From contig OZ241875.1 in the NCBI GenBank assembly GCA_965203325.1, forward strand, positions 896,001 to 960,000: DNA of 64,000 nucleotides, read 5' to 3'. A program made the position numbers and the translations under genes. The number at the start of each line of letters is the position of its first letter. The first letter of the stretch is position 1. Shown in pieces: positions 38,216 to 47,841 of the stretch. The notes beneath the pieces were generated by a model. The model was not told the origin of the DNA. It worked only from the letters and a program-made list of their open reading frames with translations, and made no database searches. The stretch comes from a bacterium (lineage in GTDB: Bacteria > UBA8248).

Positions 38216-38667
38216 TTTTGAGACTCCTCCTCTCCCATCGCGCCCCAGGACGCGGCGCGGTGCGGCGTTATCTCTATCATCCAGGCGTGGATCGTGATGG
38301 CGCCGCGGTACTGCGCATATTTTTCACGCAAGCGTTCGGCAGCCTTCTCGTAAGCTGCGGCGTCCGCATCGGCGTGGATGATCCGCGCGCTCCCGAAGAT
38401 GAGGGCGAAGCCGAGTTTCGCCCAGTCGTCCTCGTAGTGATCCACCAAAAACGAGACCTGCGCGTTCTCGCGGATGTTATCTAGCCTTTTGAGCCGCTCG
38501 ATGTCTTTTTTCTGCTTGCCGTCCACCGGAATGTATATTTTCCCGTCCACCACGGCGAAGACGACGGGCACGACGTGGGGCGCGGCGTCTCTATCCGCCG
38601 TCGCCAGCCGCGCCACGCGGGCGCGCTCCACGAACGCCCAGGCGTCATCTGAGAGCAGGGGCTTCAT
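38212..38667 (-). CDS. PPOX-class putative F420-dependent oxidoreductase (Rv0121-like)
   Basis: ARVARLAT.D...PHVVPVVF, D.K.K...LKRL.NI..N..VS.LVDHY.DDW, L..KY.QY. Confidence 0.8.
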   Translation of the reverse strand: MKPLLSDDAWAFVERARVARLATADRDAAPHVVPVVFAVVDGKIYIPVDGKQKKDIERLKRLDNIRENAQVSFLVDHYEDDWAKLGFALIFGSARIIHADADAAAYEKAAERLREKYAQYRGAITIHAWMIEITPHRAASWGAMGEEESQK

Positions 38668-40211
38668 GATTCCGCCTCCCCGTAGCCCCCGCCGCCCGGC
38701 GTGATGAGCGTCAGGGTGTCGCCCGGCTCCATGTCGGTGGTGACCTTGGGGTCGATTTCGCGCTCGTTGATGCGCACCTGCCCCCGCCCGCCGTGTCCGC
38801 CGCCGAACAGCCCCGGCGCTGCCGATTTCGTGCGCTCGGCCATGAACGAGACCGTGATGCGCGCGGGCGAGTCGTTCCGGAAGACGATCCGCTGCCCGCA
38901 GCCGCCCCGGAACTTTCCGGCGCCGCCCGAATCTCTCAGTATCGTCTTCTCGATTAAGGTGAAGGGCGTGATGCGCTCGATGACCTCGATCGGCGTGTGG
39001 GAGACGTTGCTGGGATAGCTCAGGCACGCATGGCCGTCCCCGCGCGCGGTGGCGCCCGTACCCCCGTTCTGGAAGAAAAGCCCCGCCGTCCGCACGCCGC
39101 GCTTGTCCAGCCCCGTGTAGTTCACGCACCAGAGCGGAGAGCCGCTCGCCGCGGGGACTTCTTCCGGGATAACGGGGGCGAGCGCCTCGAAGACGGCGGC
39201 GGGCAGGTAGTGGCCCACCAGCATCCGGCCTCCGCCCGCGGCGGGGTGGAGCGGCTCCAGGATGCTGCCCGGCTCCGTCCGCACGTCGATGGGCCGGAAA
39301 CACCCCTCGTTGTTGGGAACCTCGGGGCACAGCACGCATTTGATGGGGTAGACCGAATAGGCGTAGGTGTAGTTGTAGGCCACGTTCACGGCGCGATCCA
39401 CCTGGGGCGAGGAACCCGCGTAGTCGATGACCAGGGAATCGCCCGTTTTCTCTATCCGCGTCCGCACCCGAATGGGTTCCGCCAGGCCGTCGGTCTCGAT
39501 TTCGGACGCGAACTCCCCGTCGGGCAGGCGGCGCAGGGCGTCGCGCATGGCCTTCTCCGAGCGGCCCTGGATCTCCTTCGTCAGCGCGCGCAGATCATCC
39601 AGGCCGTATTCATCCAGCAGATCGCCCAGGCGTTTTTCCGCCAGGCGGTTCGCCGTGAGCTGGGCGTTGATGTCGCCCATCACCAAGTCCGGCACGCGCA
39701 CGTTGTAGCGGATGAGGTCGATGAGCGTCCGGTCGGGCTCGCCGCGCCGGTACATCTTCATCATCGGAATCTGGAGGCCCTCCTCGTAGACTTCTCTCGG
39801 GTCGGGGGAGCGGATTTTGCCGCCGATGTCCGGCAGATGGGCCGTGCTGGCGGAAAAGCCGATGAACTTCTCCCGGTAGAACACCGGCTTCACGATGTTC
39901 ACGTCGGGGAGATGGCCCGTCCCGTACCAGATGTCGTTGGTGATGAGGATGTCGCCGGGCTCCAGCGTCTCGGGCGGAAACGCTCGGAGAAAATGGCGAA
40001 CCGTTATCGGCAGCGTGCCGATGAACGAGGCGATGCTGGCCGAGGACTGCACGAGCGAGTGGCCCTGATCGTCGGTGATCACGCAGGAGAAATCGTTCGA
40101 CTCGCGCACCAGCGTCGAGAACGAGGTGCGCACCAGCGTCGCCGCCGCCTCGTCCACGATGCCGATGAGCCTTCGCCAGAGCACTTCCAGCGTGATGGGA
40201 TCGAACGCCAT
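38664..40211 (-). CDS. hydantoinase B / 5-oxoprolinase family subunit
   Basis: DPITLEV, RTSFS...RE..DFS, ND..YG.GHLPD, DSGGAG..RGG, TPGGGGYG. Confidence 0.95.
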   Translation of the reverse strand: MAFDPITLEVLWRRLIGIVDEAAATLVRTSFSTLVRESNDFSCVITDDQGHSLVQSSASIASFIGTLPITVRHFLRAFPPETLEPGDILITNDIWYGTGHLPDVNIVKPVFYREKFIGFSASTAHLPDIGGKIRSPDPREVYEEGLQIPMMKMYRRGEPDRTLIDLIRYNVRVPDLVMGDINAQLTANRLAEKRLGDLLDEYGLDDLRALTKEIQGRSEKAMRDALRRLPDGEFASEIETDGLAEPIRVRTRIEKTGDSLVIDYAGSSPQVDRAVNVAYNYTYAYSVYPIKCVLCPEVPNNEGCFRPIDVRTEPGSILEPLHPAAGGGRMLVGHYLPAAVFEALAPVIPEEVPAASGSPLWCVNYTGLDKRGVRTAGLFFQNGGTGATARGDGHACLSYPSNVSHTPIEVIERITPFTLIEKTILRDSGGAGKFRGGCGQRIVFRNDSPARITVSFMAERTKSAAPGLFGGGHGGRGQVRINEREIDPKVTTDMEPGDTLTLITPGGGGYGEAES

Positions 40212-42301
40212 TAACCGGCAACCTCGATGATAATATGGCCGCTGCCCTCTTTCCTGAAGCGCGCGTCTTCGGGAACCACGATGGTGGATTCGCGCTCCTC
40301 GACGATGGCGGGGCCTGAAAACGCCCGCCCGGCGGGCAGCGAATACCGGTGATACAAGCGCGCCTCCGAGAATCCACGCTCGGGACCTGCGTATATTCTT
40401 CTTGATCCTTTATCGAAATCCGTATCGTCTTTGAGGGGCGGGACTTCCGCCTCGGAGGGTCCGGGACCCAGCATGGTCAATCGCCAGGCGGCCACCTCCG
40501 CCGCCACGTTCTCGATTTTTCGCAAATACCGCCGCTCATAGGCGCGCTCGAATAGCTCCTGCATTTGCGCGCTATCGCGCACCGGCATCTCCCCAACTTC
40601 TGGCAGGGGAACGCTCACCGTGTCCGTCTGCCCCCGGTAGCGCATGTCGGCTGAGCAGAGAAATTCCCAGCGATCGTCCACCTCGATCCCCTCGCCGAGT
40701 GTTTCCGTCATCTGCGCAACCATCTCCCAATAAAGCGCCTCGACGCGCGCCCAGTCGACCGCATCCACGTCGGACACCAGGACGCGGACGGCGTCCGCCC
40801 TCGGCCGCGCCGCCAGGAGACCGGCCGCCGAGGCCACGCCCACGTCGGGCGGGCAGACGACCCGGCGGATGTAGAGTTTTTTCGCCATGTGGCAGGCATG
40901 AAGGGGTGCCGCGCCGCCGGTGGCGATCAGGGCGTAGTTCCTGGGGTCGCCCCCTTTTTCGGCGATGTGCACGCGCGCGGCGCTCGCCATCTGCTCGGTG
41001 ATGATCTCGTAAATCCCCCACGCCGCATCCTCGACGCTCATGTCGAGCTCACCGGCCAGAGACGAGACGGCCTCGCGCGCGCGTTCGGCCTCGAGCCGCA
41101 TGGCACCGCCCAGGAAGAAATCGGGGTTCAGATAGCCCAGGAGCAGGTTCGCGTCCGTGACGGTGGGCTGCGCGCCTCCCTGATCGTAGCAGGCGGGCCC
41201 CGGGGCCGCGCCGGCGCTTTGGGGGCCGACGCGGATCAATCCTAAGTCGCTTATCTGCGCGATGCTGCCGCCGCCCGCGCCGATCTCGACCAGGTCCACC
41301 GTGGGCGATAGGATGGGCAGGCCGCTTCCCTTCTGGAACCTCGATGTCCGCGCCACCTCGAAGCGGTTCTCCGTCGCGGGTTCGCCGTCCTCGATCAGGC
41401 ATATCTTGGCCGTGGTCCCGCCCATGTCGAACCCCAGGGCGTGGGCCTCGCCCAGCGAGCGGGCGATCTGCGCCGCCGCAAGCGCGCCGCCCGCAGGCCC
41501 CGATTCGATGATCCGCACCGGATGCTCGCGCACGCTTTCGACCGCCGCGAAGCCGGAATTGGAGAGCATGATGAAGAGATCGCCCGCGAAGCCCGAATCG
41601 CGCAGGCTGGCGAGCAGGCGCGTCAGGTACGCATCGGCGATGGGCCGCACGTAGGCGTTCGCCGCCGTGGTGGAGGCGCGCTCGTACTCGCCCGTTTCGG
41701 GGGCCACGTCGGATGAGATGGAAACGGGCGTATCGCCTGCGACTTCCCCGATAGCCGCCCGGGCCGCCCTTTCGTTCGCAGGATTCACCGGCGCATGGAG
41801 AAACGAGACGGCGATGGATTCCGCACCTATCTCAAGGAGTCTTTCCGCCTCGCGCTTCACGGCTTCCGCGTCCAAAGGAACCACCACCTCGCCATCCACA
41901 TGGGAGCGTTCGGGTATCTCGGCCCGCAACTCCTGCGGGATGAGGGGTTCGGGCATCTCCTGGTGCAGGTCGTAGAGGTCGAAGCGCTTCTCGCGGCCGA
42001 TCTCGATGACGTCCGAGAACCCCTGCGTGGTGATGAGGCCCGTGCGCGCGCCTTTTCTCTCGATGAGCGCGTTGGTGATGAGGGTGGTGGCGTGAACGAT
42101 GCCCGCGAGGTCGGATGCTTCCAGCCCGGCGGATTCGAGTATTGTCCTGAAACCCGAGAGCGTCCCCTCGGCGGGATCATCGGGCGTGGTCAGCACCTTG
42201 GCGATGTGGGCCGCGCCGCGCGCCTCGTCGATGAGCACGAGGTCGGTGAACGTGCCCCCGATGTCTATTCCCAGGCGAATGTTCAAATTGTTATCCATCA
42301 T
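40211..42301 (-). CDS. hydantoinase A / 5-oxoprolinase family subunit
   Basis: DIGGTFTD, SGPAGG, DMGGTT, IGAGGGS, GP.SAGA.PGPACY, PTVTDA. Confidence 0.95.
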   Translation of the reverse strand: MMDNNLNIRLGIDIGGTFTDLVLIDEARGAAHIAKVLTTPDDPAEGTLSGFRTILESAGLEASDLAGIVHATTLITNALIERKGARTGLITTQGFSDVIEIGREKRFDLYDLHQEMPEPLIPQELRAEIPERSHVDGEVVVPLDAEAVKREAERLLEIGAESIAVSFLHAPVNPANERAARAAIGEVAGDTPVSISSDVAPETGEYERASTTAANAYVRPIADAYLTRLLASLRDSGFAGDLFIMLSNSGFAAVESVREHPVRIIESGPAGGALAAAQIARSLGEAHALGFDMGGTTAKICLIEDGEPATENRFEVARTSRFQKGSGLPILSPTVDLVEIGAGGGSIAQISDLGLIRVGPQSAGAAPGPACYDQGGAQPTVTDANLLLGYLNPDFFLGGAMRLEAERAREAVSSLAGELDMSVEDAAWGIYEIITEQMASAARVHIAEKGGDPRNYALIATGGAAPLHACHMAKKLYIRRVVCPPDVGVASAAGLLAARPRADAVRVLVSDVDAVDWARVEALYWEMVAQMTETLGEGIEVDDRWEFLCSADMRYRGQTDTVSVPLPEVGEMPVRDSAQMQELFERAYERRYLRKIENVAAEVAAWRLTMLGPGPSEAEVPPLKDDTDFDKGSRRIYAGPERGFSEARLYHRYSLPAGRAFSGPAIVEERESTIVVPEDARFRKEGSGHIIIEVAG

Positions 42302-43263
42302 TCCGCGTTTACGAGTATCTCGCCGTTTCGGATGATCGGCTCGCCGTCGAACCAGACGGAAGGCGCGCGGATGATGGCGTCGAAATGGGTCTTGGCCTGC
42401 ACGTCGCCGCCGAGGTTCGCGGAGGTTCCGATGCCGATGTGGATCGTGCCGTTCACGCCCTCGTCGTTCAGCATCTCGCCCGTGAAATCCTTGCATTCGG
42501 GATTGAGGCCCATCGCGAACTGCGCGACGTTGTAGACCCACTTATCGTTCTGCGCGGCCAGAAGAGTTCTAAGGAATTCCGCCTGCCGCCCGCCGGTTAT
42601 CTCCCGCACAAAGCCCTCCTCGATTCGGAAAGTCACAGGCTCCTCAACCACCCCCACCCCGTAATAGGGGATGCTGCCGTCCACCACGAGCGTGCCGCTC
42701 GTCGTCCCGTCTAGAGGCGATGTGTTGGCCTCGATGTTCGGGACGGCGGTGAAGCCCGCGCCGTCGAGCACGCAGGCGTGGCTGTTGCCCGCGCGTCCTT
42801 CAAGGGAGAACGTGAGTTCGGTGCCCGCCGGATTGGTGACGCGCACCTCGCGCGCCTCGCTCAGGCGCGCCGCCAGGGCGTCGCAAAGCGGTTTTCTCGC
42901 CCTGAAATCCGCCATCAGTCCGCCGCGCTCCATCTGGCCGGGCGTGAACGCCGTCATCGAGAGCACGCGCGCGCCTGCGCCGATGGCCTCCCGCGTCGCC
43001 CGCGTATGGGCCAAGGCGTGGGTGACGGGCAGGAATACCACGTCGGACGCCCGCATCGCCTCCGCCACGGCGCGCGGGGGTTCTTCGTTGTCGATGCTCC
43101 GGGGCGGGCAGACGGCCATCGTGGCTCTAGCACCCAAGTCTCCCGCCTCGGCGCAAAGGGCCTGCGCGATGGGGAGACGCTCGGCGTCGGTGACGATGAG
43201 CACGTCCTCGCTTTCCTTCACGCCGGCGCAGTCGCCTACGAGAATTTTTGCGCCTTTTTTCAT
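42298..43263 (-). CDS. M29 / leucyl aminopeptidase-like metalloprotein
   Basis: GT.L.FSL.GR, GTLVVDG, DEG..GTIHIGIG, HFD motifs. Confidence 0.7.
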   Translation of the reverse strand: MKKGAKILVGDCAGVKESEDVLIVTDAERLPIAQALCAEAGDLGARATMAVCPPRSIDNEEPPRAVAEAMRASDVVFLPVTHALAHTRATREAIGAGARVLSMTAFTPGQMERGGLMADFRARKPLCDALAARLSEAREVRVTNPAGTELTFSLEGRAGNSHACVLDGAGFTAVPNIEANTSPLDGTTSGTLVVDGSIPYYGVGVVEEPVTFRIEEGFVREITGGRQAEFLRTLLAAQNDKWVYNVAQFAMGLNPECKDFTGEMLNDEGVNGTIHIGIGTSANLGGDVQAKTHFDAIIRAPSVWFDGEPIIRNGEILVNAE

Positions 43264-43416
43264 GAAAAATCCTTTACCTTCGAGCGGTGGACACGACGCC
43301 GCAACTGAGCGTCCCCCCGCATTGCTCGACTCGTGGAAGCCCAAAAACACGACCAGGCTACAAATGAGTCGTTGCGAAAATGAACCTGCCCATATTAAAG
43401 AGTAGGAATCTACACC

Positions 43417-44154
43417 ATGGGAATAACCGAGGCGAGTATGAGCGGAGAAAAACGCGCAGCCCAGGTATCGAGCTTAAACCGGAAGCGCCTGATGGATATC
43501 TACGAGCGTCTGTATGCGCGCTTCGGTCCACAGGACTGGTGGCCCGGCGAGACGACGCTCGAGGTCTGCCTGGGCGCCATTCTGGTCCAGAACACCTCGT
43601 GGGCGAACGCGGCGCGCGCGATCGGGAACCTCAAGAAAGAGGGCCTACTCACGGAGAACGCGCTCAAGAAGGTGCGGCGAGACCGCCTCGCACGCCTCAT
43701 CCGGCCCGCGCGGTTTTTCAACATGAAGGCCAAAAGAATCAAAGGGTTCATCGCCTACCTCTCGAAACACTATGGGGGAGACGTGGACAATTTTTTAAGC
43801 CTGCCGACCGAAGAACTGCACGAGGAACTGATGGGCCTGGACGGCGTGGGGCGCGAGACGGCGGATTCCATCACGCTCTACGCGGCGGAGAGGCCCGTTT
43901 TCGTCGTGGACGCCTATACGAAGCGCATCTTCTCGAGGCTCGGGCACTTCGAGGCGTCGAAAAACGGGGATAAGGACTACCTTGCCCTGCAGGAAATCCT
44001 CACGGCGCACCTGCCCCGTGAGACCCCCCTTTTCAACGAATACCACGCCCTGCTCGTGCGCCTGGGACATACCTTCTGCCGCCCCACGCCCAAATGCGAA
44101 GAGTGTCCGCTACGGGCTGTGTGTCCGTATCCGGGGGAGGAGACGCAGGAATGA
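43417..44154 (+). CDS. endonuclease III-related HhH-GPD DNA glycosylase with 4Fe-4S motif
   Basis: GPQ.WWP, GAILVQNT.W, L.GVGRETAD, VVDAYT.R, C.PTPKCEECPL...C. Confidence 0.9.
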   Translation: MGITEASMSGEKRAAQVSSLNRKRLMDIYERLYARFGPQDWWPGETTLEVCLGAILVQNTSWANAARAIGNLKKEGLLTENALKKVRRDRLARLIRPARFFNMKAKRIKGFIAYLSKHYGGDVDNFLSLPTEELHEELMGLDGVGRETADSITLYAAERPVFVVDAYTKRIFSRLGHFEASKNGDKDYLALQEILTAHLPRETPLFNEYHALLVRLGHTFCRPTPKCEECPLRAVCPYPGEETQE

Positions 44155-44223
44155 CGGGAAAGGCGAAAAATCGCTCCCGCATTGAGGGTCAATTCCGACC
44201 AATGAGATAGGACGTGATTCAGT

Positions 44224-44294
44224 GTAGGGGTCGCATATATGCGACCCTGGATTTCCCGCCTTCAAAACACGGGCCGCATATATGCGGCCCCTAC
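44224..44294. repeat. GTAG-type REP doublet (REPIN)
   Basis: gtaggggtcgcatatatgcgaccc ... gggccgcatatatgcggcccctac, an inverted pair between convergent genes. Confidence 0.85.
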
Positions 44295-44414
44295 AGAAAA
44301 CCGCAAACTCTCACTCCTTGGTGGGTTTGACTTCCTGCAACGATCTGGAATTGCCGCACACACCGCTCTCCCTCCGAATCACGCAAGGATACCGGCGCAC
44401 GAACCCCCCCCAAC

Positions 44415-45197
44415 CTACACGACAGGGCAGAATCCCCCGTCGATGTTCACCGCCGTTCCCGTGATGAAAGAAGCGGAGTCGGACGCGAGAAAACACGCCA
44501 TGTTGGCGTATTCCTCGGCCGTTCCCATCCTGCCGAGCGGTATGTCGCGCCCCGCTTCGGCGACGTATTCTTCGAACGAGAGCTCAGGCTTTTCACGCTC
44601 ATAGCGCCGCGCGATCTGATCCGTCACGATGCGCCCCGTGCACAACGCGTTCACGAGCACGTTGTGGGGAGCGCCCTCACCCGCCAGCACCTTGGTCATC
44701 GCCATGCCCGCGGCGCGCGATACGGACGTGGGCGCGCTCGTGGCGGGCGGCGCCTTTCCCGCCACGGTGACGACGTTGATGATGCGGCCCCAGCGGCGCG
44801 CCTTCATCGCGGGGAAAGCGAGGCGGCAGGTCCTGATGGCGCCGAAGAGTTTGAGGCCCAGGTCTTCCTCCCACATCTCGTCGCTTATCTCCTCGAACGG
44901 CCCCCGGGTGGAGGTGCCCGCGTTGTTGACCAGAATGTCGATTTGCCCCAGATCGTCGAGCGCCGCGGTCCACATGGCCTTGATCGCTTCGGCGTCGCCC
45001 ATATCGCACGAATAGGCGAACACCCTGCCCCCGGTGGCGGCTTCGATCTCCGCCCTCGTCTCCTCCAATACGTCGGGCCGCCTCGCGACGATGGCCACCT
45101 CCGCTCCCGATTCAGAGAACTTGAGCGCCATGCCCCGGCCCATGCCCCGGCTGCCGCCCGTGATGAGCGCTTTTTTTCCGTCCAGACGAATGTCCAT
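44415..45197 (-). CDS. short-chain dehydrogenase/reductase
   Basis: TGGSRGMG, LVNNAG, IDGG; atypical active site (SVSRAA instead of YxxxK). Confidence 0.9.
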   Translation of the reverse strand: MDIRLDGKKALITGGSRGMGRGMALKFSESGAEVAIVARRPDVLEETRAEIEAATGGRVFAYSCDMGDAEAIKAMWTAALDDLGQIDILVNNAGTSTRGPFEEISDEMWEEDLGLKLFGAIRTCRLAFPAMKARRWGRIINVVTVAGKAPPATSAPTSVSRAAGMAMTKVLAGEGAPHNVLVNALCTGRIVTDQIARRYEREKPELSFEEYVAEAGRDIPLGRMGTAEEYANMACFLASDSASFITGTAVNIDGGFCPVV

Positions 45198-45316
45198 GAG
45201 AAGACTCCTCGATGATTGGGTGGTTATGATTGGCGTCAAACAAGATGCAGGTCGAGAACTATCACTGCGCACGGAAACCCCATACATCCGCGAATCCGCC
45301 CGAACTGTCCCGTTAT

Positions 45317-45598
45317 GGGGTTGTTGAAAAAGCCCTCCTCGCCGGGGGCCAAAGGCAACCCCCCTACCCCCCTTGACAGGGGGGTAAAAAAGGCCGACGC
45401 CCCGGCAAGTGGGGGATATGAAAAAAGACGACGCCCGCCGCCGGCCAGGGGTTTGGCTTTTTCATACCAGCCGCCGGGTAGAGGGAGTTTTGCTTTTTCT
45501 TGCCCCCCTGACAAGGGGGGGTAGGGGGGGTTGGTTTTATGGGGTTTCCCTTTCAGAGGGTTGCCATTCCCCTCTCACGGGCCGTTTCAACAGCCCCC
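45317..45598. mobile_element. MITE-like shell with type-2 hairpin (45356-45533)
   Basis: Ends ggggttgttgaaaaag / gtttcaacagcccc; G/C-tract arms. Confidence 0.75.
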
Positions 45599-47284
45599 TC
45601 ATGAAATCTTCGGGAGGGGCTGCTCGCGCGTCATGACTTCCACGATGGCCGGCTTGCCCGCCGAGAGCGCCGCCTCGACCGCCCCGTCGAGGTCGGCGGG
45701 GGCTTCCACCCGCACGCCGAACGCGTCGAACGAGCGCGCCATCTCGGCGAAATTGGGGCTCTTGAAGTCGCAGCCGTAGGCCGCGCCGTAGAGGTTTTGC
45801 TGCTGGCGGTCTATCTGGCCGTAGGAGCCGTCGTTCAGGACGACCATCACGATATTCGCGCCGTATTCGCTCGCCGTCACGAAATCGCCGATCGTCATCA
45901 GGAACGCGCCGTCTCCCACCAGGCCGATGACGTCGCGCCCGGGGTATTCCATCTTGGCGACGATGGCCGTGGGCAGGGCGAAGGACATGGCGTTCCACAC
46001 GCCCGACTGCATGAAGGAAAACTGGTTCGTGAGAGGCACGTAGTAGCGCGCGAACATCTGGCAGTTCCCCACGTCGCTGACGACGATGGCGTCGGGCTTA
46101 ATGTGGCGGCTGAGCACCTCCATCAACAGCGCCGGATGGATCGGCGTCTCGCTCTCATGGCCCTCGATGACCTCCAAAGCCTGCCTCCTCAAATCCGCCT
46201 TGCCTTGCTCAATCTGCTCCCGCACCTCGGCTTTCATCCGCCCACTCTCGCCCTTCAGATGCTTCTCCAAAGCGCTCAGGAACATTTTGGGGTCTGCGAC
46301 TATCTCGTCCGCCCCGCCGTAGTGCGCATCCTCCGCGTCGTCGAAGCCGATGAAAATACGATCCTTTGGCGCATAGGGTTCGATGTGCTCGACCTCCGCC
46401 GTGGCGGCGCGCAAGCCGATGAACATCATCAGGTCGCACTTCTCGGTGACGCCGTCCATGAAGCCTGTGTTCCTGAAGGCGAAGTAATGCCCCACCGCCA
46501 GGGGGTGGTCCTCTGGAATCACGCCCATCGCGTCCTGGGGATAGATGACGGGAATCGAGAACTTATCGGCGAGGCGCGCGAGTTCTTCCATCGCCCCCTT
46601 GCGCATCACCCCCTTGCCCGCGCAGATGACGGGGTATTCCGCCGCCAGCAACCTGCGGGCGTACTGGGCGACGTCTTCCGCATTGGGGGCGACGACCTGC
46701 GCCGGCTGCGGCGCATATTCGGGCAGCGCGATGGGGGCATCCTGCAACAGATGGGGGCTGTAGTCGCTGAGCCTCGGTATCTCGACGTGCACCGGCCCCG
46801 GCCGGCCGCTTCTCGCGATGTGGAACGCTTTCGCCATGACGCCCGATATCTCCTCGATGCTCTTCACGCGCACGCTCCACTTGGTGACCTTCTGGAACAT
46901 CTCGACCAGGAAGTCGGGGTCGTCCACCCCGTGGAACGCTTCGCGAGAGGCATCCAGAGGAACGGAGCCCGTGATGTGCACCATGGGCGACGCAGCACCA
47001 TAGGCCTGGGCCACGCCCGCGATGGAGTTCGCGCCGCCCGGCCCCGCCGTGAGCAGGCATACGCCGGGTTCCCCGGTGAGCCGCCCGTAGGCGTCGGCCA
47101 TCAGGGAGGCGTTCGGCTCCTGTTTGCAGGTGACGAGGCCGATGGAGGGGGCAACTCTCAGCGCGTCGTAGAACTGAAGAAGATGCGAGCCGGGAAGGCA
47201 ATAGAGCCTCTTGACGTTTTCCCTGACGAGCGCGTCTACGACGATCTGGCCCGCGTGCGCGGGCGCACCGACTTCAAAAGGCAT
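45599..47284 (-). CDS. thiamine pyrophosphate-dependent enzyme (acetolactate synthase-like)
   Basis: LPG, QEPNA..MADAYGR.TG, TAGPG, GRPGPVH, GDGAF...ND. Confidence 0.9.
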   Translation of the reverse strand: MPFEVGAPAHAGQIVVDALVRENVKRLYCLPGSHLLQFYDALRVAPSIGLVTCKQEPNASLMADAYGRLTGEPGVCLLTAGPGGANSIAGVAQAYGAASPMVHITGSVPLDASREAFHGVDDPDFLVEMFQKVTKWSVRVKSIEEISGVMAKAFHIARSGRPGPVHVEIPRLSDYSPHLLQDAPIALPEYAPQPAQVVAPNAEDVAQYARRLLAAEYPVICAGKGVMRKGAMEELARLADKFSIPVIYPQDAMGVIPEDHPLAVGHYFAFRNTGFMDGVTEKCDLMMFIGLRAATAEVEHIEPYAPKDRIFIGFDDAEDAHYGGADEIVADPKMFLSALEKHLKGESGRMKAEVREQIEQGKADLRRQALEVIEGHESETPIHPALLMEVLSRHIKPDAIVVSDVGNCQMFARYYVPLTNQFSFMQSGVWNAMSFALPTAIVAKMEYPGRDVIGLVGDGAFLMTIGDFVTASEYGANIVMVVLNDGSYGQIDRQQQNLYGAAYGCDFKSPNFAEMARSFDAFGVRVEAPADLDGAVEAALSAGKPAIVEVMTREQPLPKIS

Positions 47285-47357
47285 ATTCGGCCTTCCAAAC
47301 GCTAAAAGGAATGATGAAAGGTTGCCGGAAATTGTCGATCTAATGGGGAGGTCTTAC

Positions 47358-47690
47358 TCATTCCTCCGCCTTGCTCGTCCGCCTGATGAGTTCATGAAGC
47401 GCCGCCATGTTTTCCTCGTGCTTCGCCATGGCTTCCCTGTGATTCTTGTCGATTTTTTCCATTGATTCCTTGTGATTCGCCATGAACTGTTCGTGGTTCT
47501 TCATGACTTCTTCGTGGTTCGTTCTCCCGCCCTTGATGAGTTCGTCGAGCGCCTTGTCTCGCATGATCGCCGCGCGGCGCATCATGAAAAGACCCCCGCC
47601 GATGAGGGCACACTGCGAAAACCCGACCACGGCCGCAACCAGCACGCCCATTTTCTGCACCGCCAGCGTCGCCATCTCGAATTCCGTCAT
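47358..47690 (-). CDS. small membrane-anchored protein with His/Met heptad repeats
   Basis: RBS agagagga; one TM segment, then NHEEVMK-NHEQFMA-NHKESME-KIDK-NHREAMA-KHEENMA. Confidence 0.7.
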   Translation of the reverse strand: MTEFEMATLAVQKMGVLVAAVVGFSQCALIGGGLFMMRRAAIMRDKALDELIKGGRTNHEEVMKNHEQFMANHKESMEKIDKNHREAMAKHEENMAALHELIRRTSKAEE

Positions 47691-47841
47691 TCCAAAGTCC
47701 TCTCTTTCATCGTCCTATCGCCATGGTAGCGGCCACGATGGGCGTTGACAAGTAAGCCCATCGCTCACTGCTAATCATGGCGTATTTCCTGGCGGCTTTC
47801 ATCTAGCGAATCAAATATCTGTAACCGGAAAATCCTAAAAT

